A stretch of 64,000 bases of DNA from Basidiobolus meristosporus CBS 931.73 (Eukaryota; Fungi; Basidiobolomycota): NCBI GenBank assembly GCA_002104905.1, contig MCFE01000167.1, forward strand, positions 62,001-126,000. Direction: 5' to 3'. The translations under genes were made by a program, and so were the position numbers. Positions 1 to 12,971 of the stretch are shown piece by piece (positions within the stretch are counted from its first letter, which is position 1; every line of letters starts with the position of its first letter). Below the pieces are notes generated by a model. It worked only from the letters and a program-made list of their open reading frames with translations, ran no database searches and was not told where the DNA came from.

Positions 1-9
1 AGAGCATAA

Positions 10-1143
10 CAAAATATTAACCCTCAAGTAAATCCTGTACAAAGCACCTATAATGCCAGGTAGTACCAGTGGACCAAGATGGGGCCATGCATTTTTTTGA
101 TATTATACAAGCTGCAGGAGCTAGATTAGTACCATGGGTATTGAGTATAAGATAGACAGCATCTGTTCTTCTGTGCTCTTACACATCCTGCACAGCATTC
201 ATCCCAAAAAAAGGCCAAAAATGGAACTTTTTCCATCACAATACTTAGAACACAGGTCAACTTTTGTGGTGTAGAGGTACTCCTGGGAGAAGCTACACAA
301 CGCAAGGGGTGTGAGGTGTCTGATGGGTGCAATAACCTCTGTGTCTCAACTGCTGGTGTCTTTGTCAATATGTAACTATGGCAAAAGCTCATGCTTCTCT
401 AGCTTTCTAGGTGCTCCAAGTGTCTCCAAAGGCCTCTGTGTGTCTTGTGCACTACCCTGAAAAGCTCCTTGATGGCAGGTCTGAGATGTACTGTTGAAGG
501 CAGGTGCAGTGATTAACTGCTAATCAATAAGGGAGATGTGTTACTGATGAAAGGGATGATTTATTAATGAGGGATTTCTTTCCCTCAAATACTTTTCTTG
601 ATTGTCAAGTGATTACTAATGACAAGGTTCTAGAAGATTCTAGGCATCAATGGAATTCTTGATGACACTGTTATGAGTTAAAAATATGCCAAGAATATCC
701 TGGAAGGCTCTAAAAGGCACAACACATCCAACCAATCAGGGATTGGTAGTCTGAAACCTGTGCAACATAGAAATATCATATATGGTATTGAAATGGTATG
801 GACAGTAACACATACCTAGGTCATGTGTCACTGGTACTGACACAGGTACTTGCCTTATGTAGATACGTATACTGATTGCAATGCAGAATAACATCTGGGA
901 TAACTAATGCTAATAACTAATTGGGGTAAACATTGTATGGGGATAATACTGATAATATGGGTAAAAGAAGAATGGGATAATACTGATAAGAGAAACTATG
1001 GATAGGTATATCATAATGGCTATATGAATAAACTTGTCTGTGGGAGGTATGTTTACCCCACCACACCACTATGCCTCTCCAGCACACAATGGGACTACTT
1101 TGCACTCATGGCTTGATGTGGCACTATCCAACAAAACAAGACT
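10..1143. mobile_element. Degenerate second copy (spacer plus one arm) of the foldback element at 15842-16575, interrupted by other insertions
   Basis: About 10-300 aligns with 16190-16470 (shared TAGTACCAGTGGACCAAGAT). About 1070-1143 aligns with the arm terminus (GTGGCACTATCCAACAAAACAAGACT vs GTGGCACTATACAACGGAACAAGTCT), followed by AAT. Confidence 0.7.
310..842. mobile_element. LTR-like segment (family 2), probable solo LTR
   Basis: TGTGAG...ACTGACA termini. Homologous to 12972-13434 (shared ATACTTTTCTT...AAGTGATTACTAAT and AACCAATCAGG...AACCTGTG(C/T)AACATA blocks). No clear TSD. Confidence 0.45.
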
Positions 1144-1899
1144 AATGGGCATGAAGATCAATGTGATTTGCAAACTGTCACTATATAATGCATGATTTGT
1201 ATTTGATTATATTGTTATGGATCAGATCACACTAGTCACTGATTTCCTAGTTGATTATAGACTTGCAAATGATTCATCAATAAACTTGCCAAGTCAATTT
1301 TTGCAGGTAATATATGCTACATTATGATACAGTACGTGGCAATTGATGGAGATTTATTCATAATACATGGAAAATTGGAAATATTGAGCTGATTATGCCA
1401 AATCAGTTCATCTTATTCCACGGCAATTATTTACAGACCTTGATACCGCATGCCCATCTGCACAGACTTTTCATATCCATCCCATTACTACCACTGAATT
1501 TTCTTTTGATACATTGAAGGAGGTCTATACCCAGTGCAGTGGACCATCCACTGCAGTCTTTGCATGGATATCTTTTGCTCAGCTTCCCTGCTCCTACTAG
1601 AAGTATTGCAATACAAGGCTTCATCCCATTATATGTGGTGACAAAATTACTGGAAGATTCTAATCCCAGCTGAAAGTAAGAAGAATCACCTTGCAGAGGG
1701 AATTAGCAAATTCTAACAGGCTTGGAATACTAGGTTAAGAAGCTCCAATAGACTTCCATTTCCCTGAGTGCTCAGTAAGGGGTTTTATATCAGGAGTATT
1801 TTGGATGCCTTCCCAATGAGAATTAACAGACCTTCCAGATGGTAGTGACACCATTATTCTAGCAAATATAAGGCACACTGTGTGAAGTTTAAAGCAGTG

Positions 1900-4800
1900 T
1901 CTGTAGGATATGAAGGTAATGATCTAAGTGACTAAGTTAGGTGAGTATTTAGGTGGAAATATAAATTTTTACAACACTCCCACTCAGCTAAATGTTCATA
2001 CCAACTAGTCCTAATTTTGACCTAAGATATTCAAACTTGTCTCTAGCAAATGGCTTGGTGAATATGTCTGCAATCATTTCATCTGTAGGACGGTAAGCTA
2101 AGCTAACTAAGTTACTCCCTATAGCTTCACATATGAAATGATGTCTAATATCTATCTGCTTGGTTCTAGCATGAAAATTTGGATTTCTACCTAATTGTAT
2201 ACATCCTTGATTATCTTGAAATAAAGTAATAGGCGTTTTTTGACATATGCCTAAATCTGTAAAAACTTTTCTTAATCACATTGCTTCTTTTGTAGCTTCA
2301 CAGGCTGCCATATACTCTGTCTCTGTGGTGGAAAGTGCTATGGTTGGTTGCTTTCTTGAATTCCATGAAATTGCTCCTTTACAGTAAAGAAAGGTGTATC
2401 CTGTGGTGGATCTTCTATCTTCTAAGTTTTGTCCCCAATCAGCATCAGAGTATCCCACAAGATCCTGTTCTGAATCCTTAGAAGTGTATCTTAAGCAGAT
2501 ATCAGTAGTTCCTTTTAGGTTTCTAAAAATCCGCTTAACTGCTGCAATATGATCAGATCCATAGTTCTGATTATGTTGCCTGACAACTCCCACTGAATAT
2601 GAGATATCTGGGCATGTTCCAAGCATGATATACATCAGACTGCCAACCATAGATTGACAAGGGAATTCAGGGCTTTCAGATGGCACCAAGCTCTCTTGAC
2701 TTGGTTGAGTTTTGACTAGGTTAAGGTTTGTCTCCATTGGGGTAGCTGCCAGTTTACAGTCTTCCACTTTGTACTACTTTAGTATATCTTGGATATAATT
2801 GGATTGGCTTACGGTAATAGTCTGGGTACTTCTGTCTATGGAGAAAATAATCCCTAAGAAGTAACTAAGTTCTCCTAGATTGGACATCTTGAACTCCTTA
2901 GATAGGCTGGATTTAGTCCCTTCCAATGTTTCTAGGTTATTGGCGGCTATGATAAGATCATCCACATATAGAGCTAATAGAACTGGATTTGCTTTATCTG
3001 GCTTATAGTATATACTATAGTCAGCATTACTTCTTTTGGAACTCAAAGATTCCAAATTAGAATCTATCTTGCAATTCCAGGCTCTTGGTAATTGTTTGAC
3101 ACCATATAGTGACTTTTTAAGCTTGCAGACCAAATGGGGGCTATCTTGGTCAGCAAACCCATCTGGCTGGTTCATATACAGGTCCTCATCAAGTTCTCCA
3201 TTCAAAAATGCAGTTTTTACATCCATTTGATGAATAAAAAACTTATATTTGGCTGCAATAGCCAATATTAATCTGATGGAGTTAAACTTGGCTACCGGTG
3301 CTAAGGTCTCAGTATATTCAAGTCCTTTTGTTTGAGAGTAACCTTTGGCTACAAGTCTTGCTTTGTATCTTTCAATTATACCATCAGCCTTGTATTTTGT
3401 CTTAAAGACCCATCTGCATCCAATTGATTTTTGGTTCATTGGTAATTTGACTAAGTCCCAAGTTTGATTTTCCATCAGGGCCTGATATTCTCAGTCATTG
3501 CAGATCTCCAAAACTTTGTCTGAGGGCTATTTAGGGCCTCTTTTACAGTCTGTGGTTCATCAATATGTACTGAATAGGCATAGGCTAAATTTGTACCCTC
3601 ATTGATATAGTTATTTGGGCTATTTCTTGTCTGATTGGATCTCCGGGCATTTGATACAAGAATGATCACTTCTGGGATATTCCTGGGCACTGATTCTGGC
3701 TGAACCACGGTTGCAGAGTCCTCAGGAGTGAAAAAATTTTCATTGTTTTGCTCTGATTCAATCCTGACAATTGGTGCACTTGAGATCAAATTTTTGTCAT
3801 CTTCTGATGTCATTTTTTGTGAAAATTTTGAATTTTCATCAGACAATACATCCCTGGACTTGATCAGCTTCTTTTCTTTGGTATTGTAGAGTCTGTATGC
3901 CTTACTCTCCTTGCAGTAGCCCAAAAATATGCATTTTTCACTTTTTGGCTCAAATTTTGACTGATTTCTGGCCAGTTTTTTGGCATATGCTGTACACCCA
4001 AATATTCTTAGATGTTCTGCACTTGGTCTGTATCCATACCATGCTTCAAATGGAGTAGAATCACAAAGTATTCTGTTATAACTACTATTTTTAGGGTATA
4101 CAGCAGTGGCAGCTGATTCTGCCCAAAAATCATAGGATAATTTTTGTTCATAGATCATAGATCTTGCCGTATCAATTATTGATCTGTTAGCTTGTGCTAC
4201 TACTTCATTTTGCTGTGGGGAGTATGGTACAGTAGTCTCTTGCTTTTTCCCATGAATTTTGCAGAAGTGGACAAAGAGTTTAGAGGTATATTCTCCACCA
4301 TTGTCAGAGCATATTTTCTTGATTTTTTCACCAGTTTCTTTCTCCACCATGGCTTTAAGCTCCCTGAACTTAGACAGAGCTTCTTCCTTTCTCTCCATGA
4401 AGTAGACCCATGTGTATCTTGTATAATCATCAATAAAAGTGATTAAATACTTCATCCCACCTAAGGATAAATTTTGCTTAGGTCCACACAGATCTGAGTG
4501 AATTAGATGTAATTTTTTCTTTGTTTTGGTTAGCCCAGAGCTCTTGAATGGTTGTCTGGCTTGTTTCCCATATATGCAGGCTTCACAGTGCTCTAAATTA
4601 CCTGGGGGATCAATTTTTACTCCAGAAATTAGCTGATCTTTGATCATTTTGCACAAATAATCAAGATTGATGTGCCCAAATCTCCTGTGCCAAAGCATGG
4701 GTGTTTCTTCATTTAAGTTACTTATATTGGCTTCCAAATATGATGAAATATAAGTCAACTTGTATAGATTCTGATCTCTGATACCCAAAGCAATATGGGC

Positions 4801-6309
4801 ACCATTTTGATCAGTGATCTTTCATCCAGAATTGTCAAAGCTGAAACAGAGTCCTTCTGCAGTGGCCTTGCTTACAGATAGTAGATTCTTGGCTATTTCT
4901 GGTACATAGAGTACTTCTTTAAGGGTCAGTGTATGGCTTCCTTCACCGCTTCTTAGGGTTACTTGGAGAGTTCCTTCTCCCACTGCATCAAGTGTTCTAT
5001 TGTCACCCATGAAAACCTTCTTAATTGGAATTTCTTGATATTGGGTAAAAAGTTCTTTTTGGTGTGTTAAGTGTTGAGATGCTCCAGAGTCCATATACCA
5101 CGTCTGAGAATCCTTGTTTGTGGTCATATTTAGTGCAGATATGAATAGTCTATCTTCAGTTGTTGCAGCATTTCAATTTTCAGGCTTATTTTGCTGATTA
5201 TCCCTCTTTTTGAGACACCAGTCTGATATGTGCCCTTTCCTTTTTCAGTAGTTGCACAACAGGTTGCTGTTGCCTTTGTAGGGTCTTGGGTATCTCCTTT
5301 GTTGGCTATCATTGCTTATTAAAGCATTTTCTTCTTCCTTCTTATTGGCGCTTGATTTTCTTAATTCTTCATCCAGGAGCCTTCCATATATGTAATTTAA
5401 GTTCAAATCCTCAGTTCTGGACTCCAGGGCTGATACAAGGCCCTGGAACTTGTCTGTCAGGCTATTGAGGATGGTACCTATCACATCCTCATCAGTAGTT
5501 GGTATGCCCACAGATTCCATCTCATCTACCAGCAGGATAATTCTGTTAATGAGATTTTTCATTTCTTCTCCTGGTAGCATCTTTGTAGTAAAGAATTTCC
5601 GTCTCAAATTCATTTTCTTAGCAGCTGAACATGACTGGTAGGTGTCTTCTAATGCCTTCCAGGCATTCTTTGCAGTTTTTGCTCTTGAGCACTGAATTAG
5701 CAATTTGTCTTTAACATTAAGGCAAATGCAGCTATAGGCACTTGGTCCTTCCTTATGGTACTTCAAGGCTTCCTCTCTCACGTTTTTAGGAGGGCATTCT
5801 TCTCCCATGACAATATCCCAAAGGCCTCTTTCTTGTAGCAGTATCTTCATCTTCACCTTCCACACTTGATAGCTAGATCCATCCAACTTTTCAGCAGAGG
5901 GGAAAATTCCAGTATAAGCAGTAGTAGACATTGCAGAGAGAGACAGCTTGGGGCTCATAACCTGTTGTAAGAGTCTTGGAGATATTGGAAGTGATTTGGA
6001 GAACAAGTAGATTATGTGGTTTTCACTTAATGATTTATTGATTGTAAAAGTAGTATTTATACTTTTACATAGTCTTGGCATAACAAACATGTAGAATAGG
6101 TTAGGGAAGGTCCCAAGAACATGTGTGCAAAGTTTGGGGCTGTTTGGTCAACTTTGAGAATTTTGATGTTCTGGGTACCTGGTATTTGGTGAAAATACTC
6201 TAAGTAAATCCCAACAAGGAATTTGGTCAGTATTCTCCAGGATATCAAGGTAATGATCCAAGTGACTTAGTAGGTGAATATTTAGGTCAAAATACACATT
6301 TTTACAACA
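1900..6309 (-). mobile_element. Decayed Ty1/copia LTR retrotransposon, same family as 16805-21490; 3' LTR truncated to about 75 bp
   Basis: 5' LTR 5963-6309, PBS (reverse complement of GGTTATGAGCCC) 5951-5962, PPT 1977-1986, 3' LTR remnant about 1900-1976. Collinear with the intact copy. Confidence 0.95.
1988..5958 (-). pseudogene. Disrupted gag-PR-IN-RT-RNaseH polyprotein
   Basis: ORF fragments match the intact polyprotein. Premature stops at the zinc-knuckle Cys (TGC>TGA, 5245-5247), near 4820, near 2775 and near 2276, plus a 1-nt deletion near 3490. Confidence 0.95.
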
Positions 6310-6910
6310 AAACCACCTGATGCAGCCAAATCTTCAGATAATGTCTTCAAGTATATATCTTCAAATGGTATGGCTATTACTGTTGGGCAAGGCTCAAGCT
6401 TCTGCCCATGCACTAAGGTCATTACCAGCAAGAATCAGGTACTTCTTGGATTCAGCTGTTGGCTGAAAGCTCTAAACTAGCATTAAGGAGGCATCAGGTA
6501 GCTGGAAGATTGCCAAGAAGAGAAAAGCAGGAAGACACAGATGCATCAGTAGAGTATTTATCAAGGACAAAGCATAGCTCTACTCAAAAGGTACTCAGTG
6601 AAATGTGGTAATGGAAAGTATTCCATTACTACAATATCTCTAAACCAATATTGCACTCATTTCTTTATTTTGCTTTTTGCTATCGTAACACACAACAGAA
6701 AGATCAAGAATTTCCAACTTTGAAGAGCAAATGCTCCAGACCCTGACAAGCAATCCACCCAAGAATATTATTTCATACAGTACACGTAGTAGCCAATACA
6801 TGTTTCAAATTACAGCTCATTTGAAGCAGTACTTAAGGAGTTATGACCAAAAGAGTCCAACTATTATATATACTATGCCTTATTGCTAGGATTACTATGG
6901 TGACTTTGAT

Positions 6911-7071
6911 TGCGTGTAACTTTTGAACCAGCCAATCAAATCACGTGAAATTTTCACAGGTGCTGCGCCTATGTCCGATATGCGCCACTGCAAAATTTTA
7001 GCTTCATATCACGTGTATTGCTTGCGCAATTGCCCAAAAGCTTTGATCCTTCAAAATTTTCATATATATAA
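6911..7071 (+). promoter_or_regulatory. Promoter-like segment: CCAAT (6932), two CACGTG E-boxes (6942, 7010) and TATATATAA (7063-7071)
   Basis: Motifs read directly; locally CpG-rich inside a CpG-poor field. Function is inferred. Confidence 0.45.
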
Positions 7072-7280
7072 CTTCCCCAGCTGAAAAATAAAGAGAGAGC
7101 CTCTCTTTCCAGAATCTCCACACTACGATTACAAGTTTAAAGGTTATAAGACTTCCCCTGCATCACTTGCACTGTTGAGTATTCTGACTTTGATCAGTAC
7201 TACATCAGTAAAGAGACTGCAAAGCTCACAAGAATCCAATCTAAGTTCTACAAGAAACTACCACTTTTCTGTCGGAAAAG

Positions 7281-7506
7281 TCCCCTCTAAGAAACCCCTT
7301 TACTCTAAAGACACCCCTTTAGACACCCCTTTAGAGACCCCTTTAAGAAACCCCTTTACTCTAAAGAAGCCCCTTTAGGCACCCCTTTAGTGTAAAGTCC
7401 ACTTTAGAGACCACTACAAGAAGCCCCTTTACTCTAAAGACACCCCTTTAGACACCCCTTTATGTCTAAAGACCCCTTTAGAGACTTCTACAACACACCC
7501 CTTTAG
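7281..7506 (+). repeat. Minisatellite of about 13 imperfect units with core (A)CCCCTTTA; 12-nt and 19-nt variants
   Basis: GACACCCCTTTA and GAAACCCCTTTACTCTAAA variants recur; an inverted core TAAAGGGG follows at about 7509-7516. Confidence 0.9.
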
Positions 7507-9092
7507 GTTAAAGGGGAGTTCAGAATTTCCATATTAGGAAATATTTTCTTAGAAAGGAAAGTGACTTCCAAATAAGGAAAAGTTACTATAAAAGTAAATA
7601 AGCCCATTAGTTGACAGAAGGTCAGAACACTGCTGTAGAAGTGATAAACACTGCCTACAGTATATTTTGAGCCCAAGATTGAGGAAATTAGTGAGAGTTA
7701 TATCTTCTATTGGTATATCAAACTCCCAATAAACTATTTCAGTATTAGCATACTGGAAGTTGTTGTATATTGTTGATTAGCCTCTACATTGTAGAACAAG
7801 CCCCAAACTAATCATAATACAACACAACAGAAAGTAGCAGTGAAGGACCTGACAGAGATAAAAATAAGCAGCTACCTAAGGTGCCCATTACTGCATGGGC
7901 AGAGAGCTCAAAACAAGCAAGAAAGAAGCATCAGGCTGCCTGCATAGTTCCAGCAAGGGACAAGCTTGCCAAAGCAGATGCATCAGAGCAGCTTTTACCA
8001 AGGAGAAAATGTAGTTCAATACAAGAAACACCCAGACAAAGTAGTAGTGAGAGACCTGGCAGTAATAAAGGAAATTGTAATGGGGAAAACGTCTACCCAA
8101 GCCAGAGACAGGGAAGTGTTAGAAAAGAGCTGTAACTCTTGCCAATGAATGCTGTAAGCCCAGAACAGACTGAATCCCATCAATGACAAGAAGAATTATC
8201 AGCAAGAAAACAGCTGTTTTCACCAGAGTTTGAAGCGCAGGCAGTTGAGCTACACCTCAGTGAGGTAGATGAGTTTGCTGAGAAAGGCAAGTTGTCTACC
8301 ACAGCCTGCACATCCTCCATTGTTGGCTTAGTGGAGATCCTGCTGACAGTCAAAGTAGCTACATCTAGAATTTCAAGGGTTATCACAATGCCTTTAGTGA
8401 ATTTTGAAACAATAATAGGCACATTGAGAGGCTGCAGCACTTCTTCAAGAACAGTACTTAAGAAAATACACTTCAATGTTGCAAGGATTTATTGCAGAGA
8501 CTGGCAGATGAGGTGCTAGACTTTGCAGTGCCAGCTGAAGACCAGGACATGTGGAAACCAGTGAATGAACAGTGGCATAAAGCTTTTGGGTTCCTGCCAA
8601 AGTTGTGGAAACAGAGTGTTACAGCAGAAATAGTTATTGGGTGATGGACTTTAATGGAGTTACTTGTTGAGTGTGCGGTTAGGCTTAATGTTAATGTAAG
8701 GTATAAGGACTTGTGTAGGTAAATACCATTGGCAATTGAGGCACAACTGAAGCTTCAATGGAAACAAATCAATTTGTATGCATGAAGAATAAGAGAAACA
8801 GCTGAGTCAGGTAGTAAGGAGCGTGAAAAAGAGAGAATAGCCAATCAATGCACACAAATGTAGGAGGTTATAGAGTGTCTGGGATCACAAAGTGAGAAAA
8901 TTGGCAGAGAACCAATCAAAAGCCACTTTTGTATTGCTGTGTTGAAAAATTTTGACAAAGTTTTTATGATATCTGGTGTTCAATTATTATTTGATGGTCT
9001 TTGCATTGTGTCCTGATAGAATCAATACCTCTTAGTCATGGGACTTAGAATCTATGATGGCCTTTTGGCATGATCATCACAATAATTATTCA

Positions 9093-9489
9093 TAGGGTCA
9101 AAATTAGCACTAGTCAGTATCAACATTTAGTTGAGCAGGAGTGTTGTAAAAGTTTGTAATTCCACCTAAATATTCACCTAGCTTAGTCACTTAGATCCTT
9201 ACATTCAAACTCTAGAGAATACTGACTAAACTTCTTGTTGGGATTTATGCATAATATTTTCACCAAATATCAGGTACCCAAAACATGAAAATTAGATAGG
9301 TTGTCAAAACAGCCCCATATTTTGTACACATGTTCTTGGGACCATCCTAAGCCTATTCTATGTGTTTTTTATGTCAAGACTATTTAAAAATATCAATAGT
9401 ACTTTTATACTCAATAAATCATCAAGCAATAACCACGTAATTTACTTGCCCTCCCAATCACTTCAAGTATCTTCAAGTCTCTTACAACA
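9093..9489 (+). mobile_element. 3' fragment of a third copia copy: end of RNase H, PPT and full LTR (9142-9489)
   Basis: TAGGGTCAAAATTAGCACTAGTCAGTATCAACATTTAGTTGAGCAGGAG matches about 21092-21140. The LTR runs TGTTGTAAA...CTTACAACA and is clearly more diverged from the intact element's LTRs than those are from each other. Confidence 0.9.
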
Positions 9490-9839
9490 CATATGCTGTC
9501 TGCATGCTTATGGCTGAGAGGCTTTTTACAATAACCACATGGTCATTTTTCTCTTCTCTTACAGAATTGAATCAAAGTAGTCTTCTCCATGAGGCAAGCA
9601 GTTTGACACTCAACAGCATAATGCTATTATATCACTTTTTTGTCAGTACTCATGCAAATTTAAGATAATCTTGTCATTGAGACATTACACCTACATGAAT
9701 ATAAGATATAATGATGATCTGCCATAATAAGCATCATAAATACAGTTCTGGCACCACATATACATGTATATGTAACACTGTTTCCCCTTTGGTTTGACTC
9801 TCTTCCCTATATATGCTGCCAAAAAAATAAAGCAACAGT

Positions 9840-12721
9840 ACCTAGTTTCCAACCAAACCCTGCCATTGTCAGTGGCAAAAGAACAGTTGGACAACAGCTT
9901 ACTTTCTCAAATAGTGCAATAAGCAGGGCTACATTCAAAAAATGCCATGTTGACAGTGTGTCCACTCAAGGTAATGATGCAGACTCCTCAGGCTTTCAGT
10001 CAAGTAGGCAAAGGAGTATCTCTGTGGAGCTGCAAGCTGTCCATGATGCTCAGGCAGACAAGAATGCATAAAAGCAGTACCCTTGGTTGAAGACCAGCAA
10101 TTGGCCTTCATAACATAGCACCTTCAGTATTAGCAAGTATGATGTCAGCTCATATCATAGCATTAATGAGGCAATTAGGTACAATGGCTCATAGGTGAGA
10201 TACAATGGTGTAGAGAAATCATAATATAGTCTTGAAACAGGATAAGTGGATAATACATGTAGAGCAATCAATATCCCAGGTAGTGAAAGCAGTATCTTTG
10301 CTGCAAAGAAGGAACTCAGGTAGCTCAATGTCACAGCCAAGAATTGAGCCATTTCCAGATGTGTCAGCAAAGGAACACTGTAAAGTCTTTGAAGCACAAC
10401 AACAGTGCCCAAAGATAAAGCCTACAGAAGAACCTATCACATCATGGGAGGGAGAAACTGAGGTGTTTACACCCAAGCTTAAAAATCAAAAGACATTGAG
10501 GATCTGTGAAGCCATTAAGTGCCATGATGTAGAGTGGACCTGTATTCAAGAGGCCATTAGTGGTCCAGATTGGCATCTCTTTAAGGCTGGCATACCATGG
10601 GACCATCAGGAACTCAAGGCCAAGCTGAATGCACTTTAGCTGTTTTGTAAGCATTATCCAGGATTCAAGCAGGCAAATGGATTTTGGGTCAGCATTTGTA
10701 TGCTAAACATGTATCTCCAGAATAGAAGTAACTGTCAAGGGCAGAAGAACAAGGGTACCATAGCTAAAAACCGCAGCTTGCTCAAGAGCTTGTCACAAGC
10801 AGGGCAAAAAGCTCCAGACAAGTGTCAAGGAGATGTCAGGTAGCTGGAAGAGTGCCAATTAGGGACAAGCAGGCAGACACAGATGCACCAGCACAACATT
10901 TATCAAGGAAAAAGTGTAGATCCACTCAACCAGCCCTCAGTCAAAGTAGCAGTGAAGGACCTGGCAGTGATTAAACCAGCAGCCTCTACAGGAGCCCATC
11001 ACAACCATGGTTGAGAGCTTGAAACAAGAAGATAAGAAATATCAGGTTGCCAGGAGAGTGCCAGCAAGGGGTGAGCAGGCCAAACAGATGCATCAGAGCT
11101 GAATTTATCAAGGAGAAATCATAGTTCATTACAAGAAGCACTTAGATACAGTAGCAGTGAGAGACCTGGCGGTGATAAAGAAAAAGGTAAAGGGAAAAAT
11201 GTCTACCCAAGCCTGAGACAGGGAGGCATGCAAAAAAAACTGCAGTTCTTGCCAATTAATGCCACATGCATGGACAGACTGATTTCTGTCATAGCCAAGA
11301 AGAATCACCAACAAGAGAATGGCTGTTTTTACAAGAGTTGGAATTACAGCCAGCTGAGCTACACTCCAGCAAGATAGATGAGTTTGCAGAAAAAAGAAAT
11401 TTGTCTACCACAGCCTCCACATCCTCCCTTGCTGACAGAGTGGAAATCCCACTGACAGACAAGGCTATAATATCAAGAACTCAAAAGACTATAACCATGC
11501 CTTCAGTGGAACTTTGGAACATTAATAGGCATACCAAGAGGTTGCTGCACTTCTTCAAGAGCAATGCTTAAGAAAATGCACTTGAATATTGCAAGGATTT
11601 ATTGCAAAGACTGGCAGATAAGGTGCTAGACCTTGCAGTGCCAGCTGAAGATCAGGGCATGTGGGAACCAGTGAATTGACAGTGGCATAAAGTCATTGGG
11701 TTCCTGCCAAAATTGTGGAAACAGAGTGTTACAGCAGAAATACTTTTTGGGTGGTGGGTTTTAATGGATTACTTGTTCAGTGTGGGGTTGTGCTTAGTGT
11801 TAGTGTAAGGTATAGGCACTTGCATAGGTCAATACAATTAGCAATTGAGGTACATCTAAAGTTTCAACAGAAATGAATCAATTTGTATGCATGAAAAGTA
11901 AGAGAAATGGTTGAGTCAGGAAGTCAGGAGTGTGAAAAAGAGGCAATAGCCAATCAATGCACACAAACATAGGAGGTAATAGAGTGTCTGGAATCAGAAA
12001 GTGGGCAAATTGGCAGGGAACCAATCAAAAGCCACTTATAAAATGTTGTGATGAAAAATTTTGATCAAGTTTTTTGTGAAATCTAGGGTGCAATTATTTT
12101 TCAACAGTCTCTGGATGTTATGAATAGACACAAGGCAGGAGAGTAGAGCTAGGCAAGGCAGGACCAGGAAAGGACTTAGGTGTGGATCAACAAGGCAAGG
12201 CAAGGCTGTTTACTCAAGACCTGTGCTTATTAGATGAGGAATACATAAGGGGGGATAAGACTCTATATACTTTGTGACAATATGGATGCCAAGATATATT
12301 GGCTAATACTGATGGGGTTCTGAGGTGAGGCACAGTAAGTGTGCCAAGATAGAATATACTAAAGAACAGACCTGAATATCACACAGAGATATGTCAGGGG
12401 TCAGCTGATCTTCTGACTAGGTCATGTGAAATGTAGTTACTGTATATGGCCTGGGACTGCATGAATTCTAGTGGGAAGTTTCCATAGAATGTTCCATTGT
12501 ATAATGTTGACTTGAAGCTTTCAAGAAGTTGCTAGAATGTAGTAAAACTTTCTAGAAGGAGCTGGGATTTCTTCACTGACTTGATTTGGCTAGATAATTG
12601 GAGACCAGGGATGTCATGTAATCATGACACTAGATGGTGTCCAGATGGGATCAGTACCTCTTAGGCATGGGACTTTAACTTTGTGATGGCCTTTTGATGT
12701 GAACATTACAATAATCTCTAA
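9840..12721 (+). repeat. Copy B (longest) of the unclassified repeat with a decayed ORF
   Basis: A long frame with scattered stops; the 3' part aligns with copies A, C and D. The 5' boundary is uncertain and may extend to about 9490. Confidence 0.75.
12116..12629. mobile_element. Solo LTR (family 3, 514 bp)
   Basis: TGTTATGA...TCATGACA termini, flanked by CTGGA/CTAGA (5-bp TSD with one mismatch). The flanks rejoin into the repeat tail seen uninterrupted in copy A. Confidence 0.8.
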
Positions 12722-12971
12722 TAGGAAGAGCCACAAGCCTATCAAGGGAATAATATTCAGCTACAATCCCCAACTTAGTTGGTGTCTTAACAACAATGTG
12801 TGCTGTGCTCAGCATTCATTGAGATGGCAATGTACTAAAGCTTCCACAGTCAAAACAACTGTATACTCCACCAGCAAGGACTTGATAAGAATGCAGCTGT
12901 GGTCAATGGATACAAAGACAGAAAAGATCTTTGCCTGCACAGGAACAAACTTGAGAAAGAATCAAATATAA

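Larger units (their letters stand above)
6310..9092 (+). repeat. Copy A of an unclassified dispersed repeat with a decayed ORF; interrupted at about 6600-7830
   Basis: About 6400-6600 and 7830-9092 align with 10740-12110, 13965-14750 and 15273-16800. Confidence 0.8.

Noticed and set aside
1150-1900. Possible decayed coding frames here and at about 22080-22700
   Set aside because: The frames are short, interrupted by stops and not recognisable; they cannot be supported without a homology search.
7281-7506. The CCCCTTTA array as a CRISPR array or interstitial telomere
   Set aside because: There are no unique spacers and no cas genes, the context is eukaryotic, and the unit is not TTAGGG/CCCTAA.
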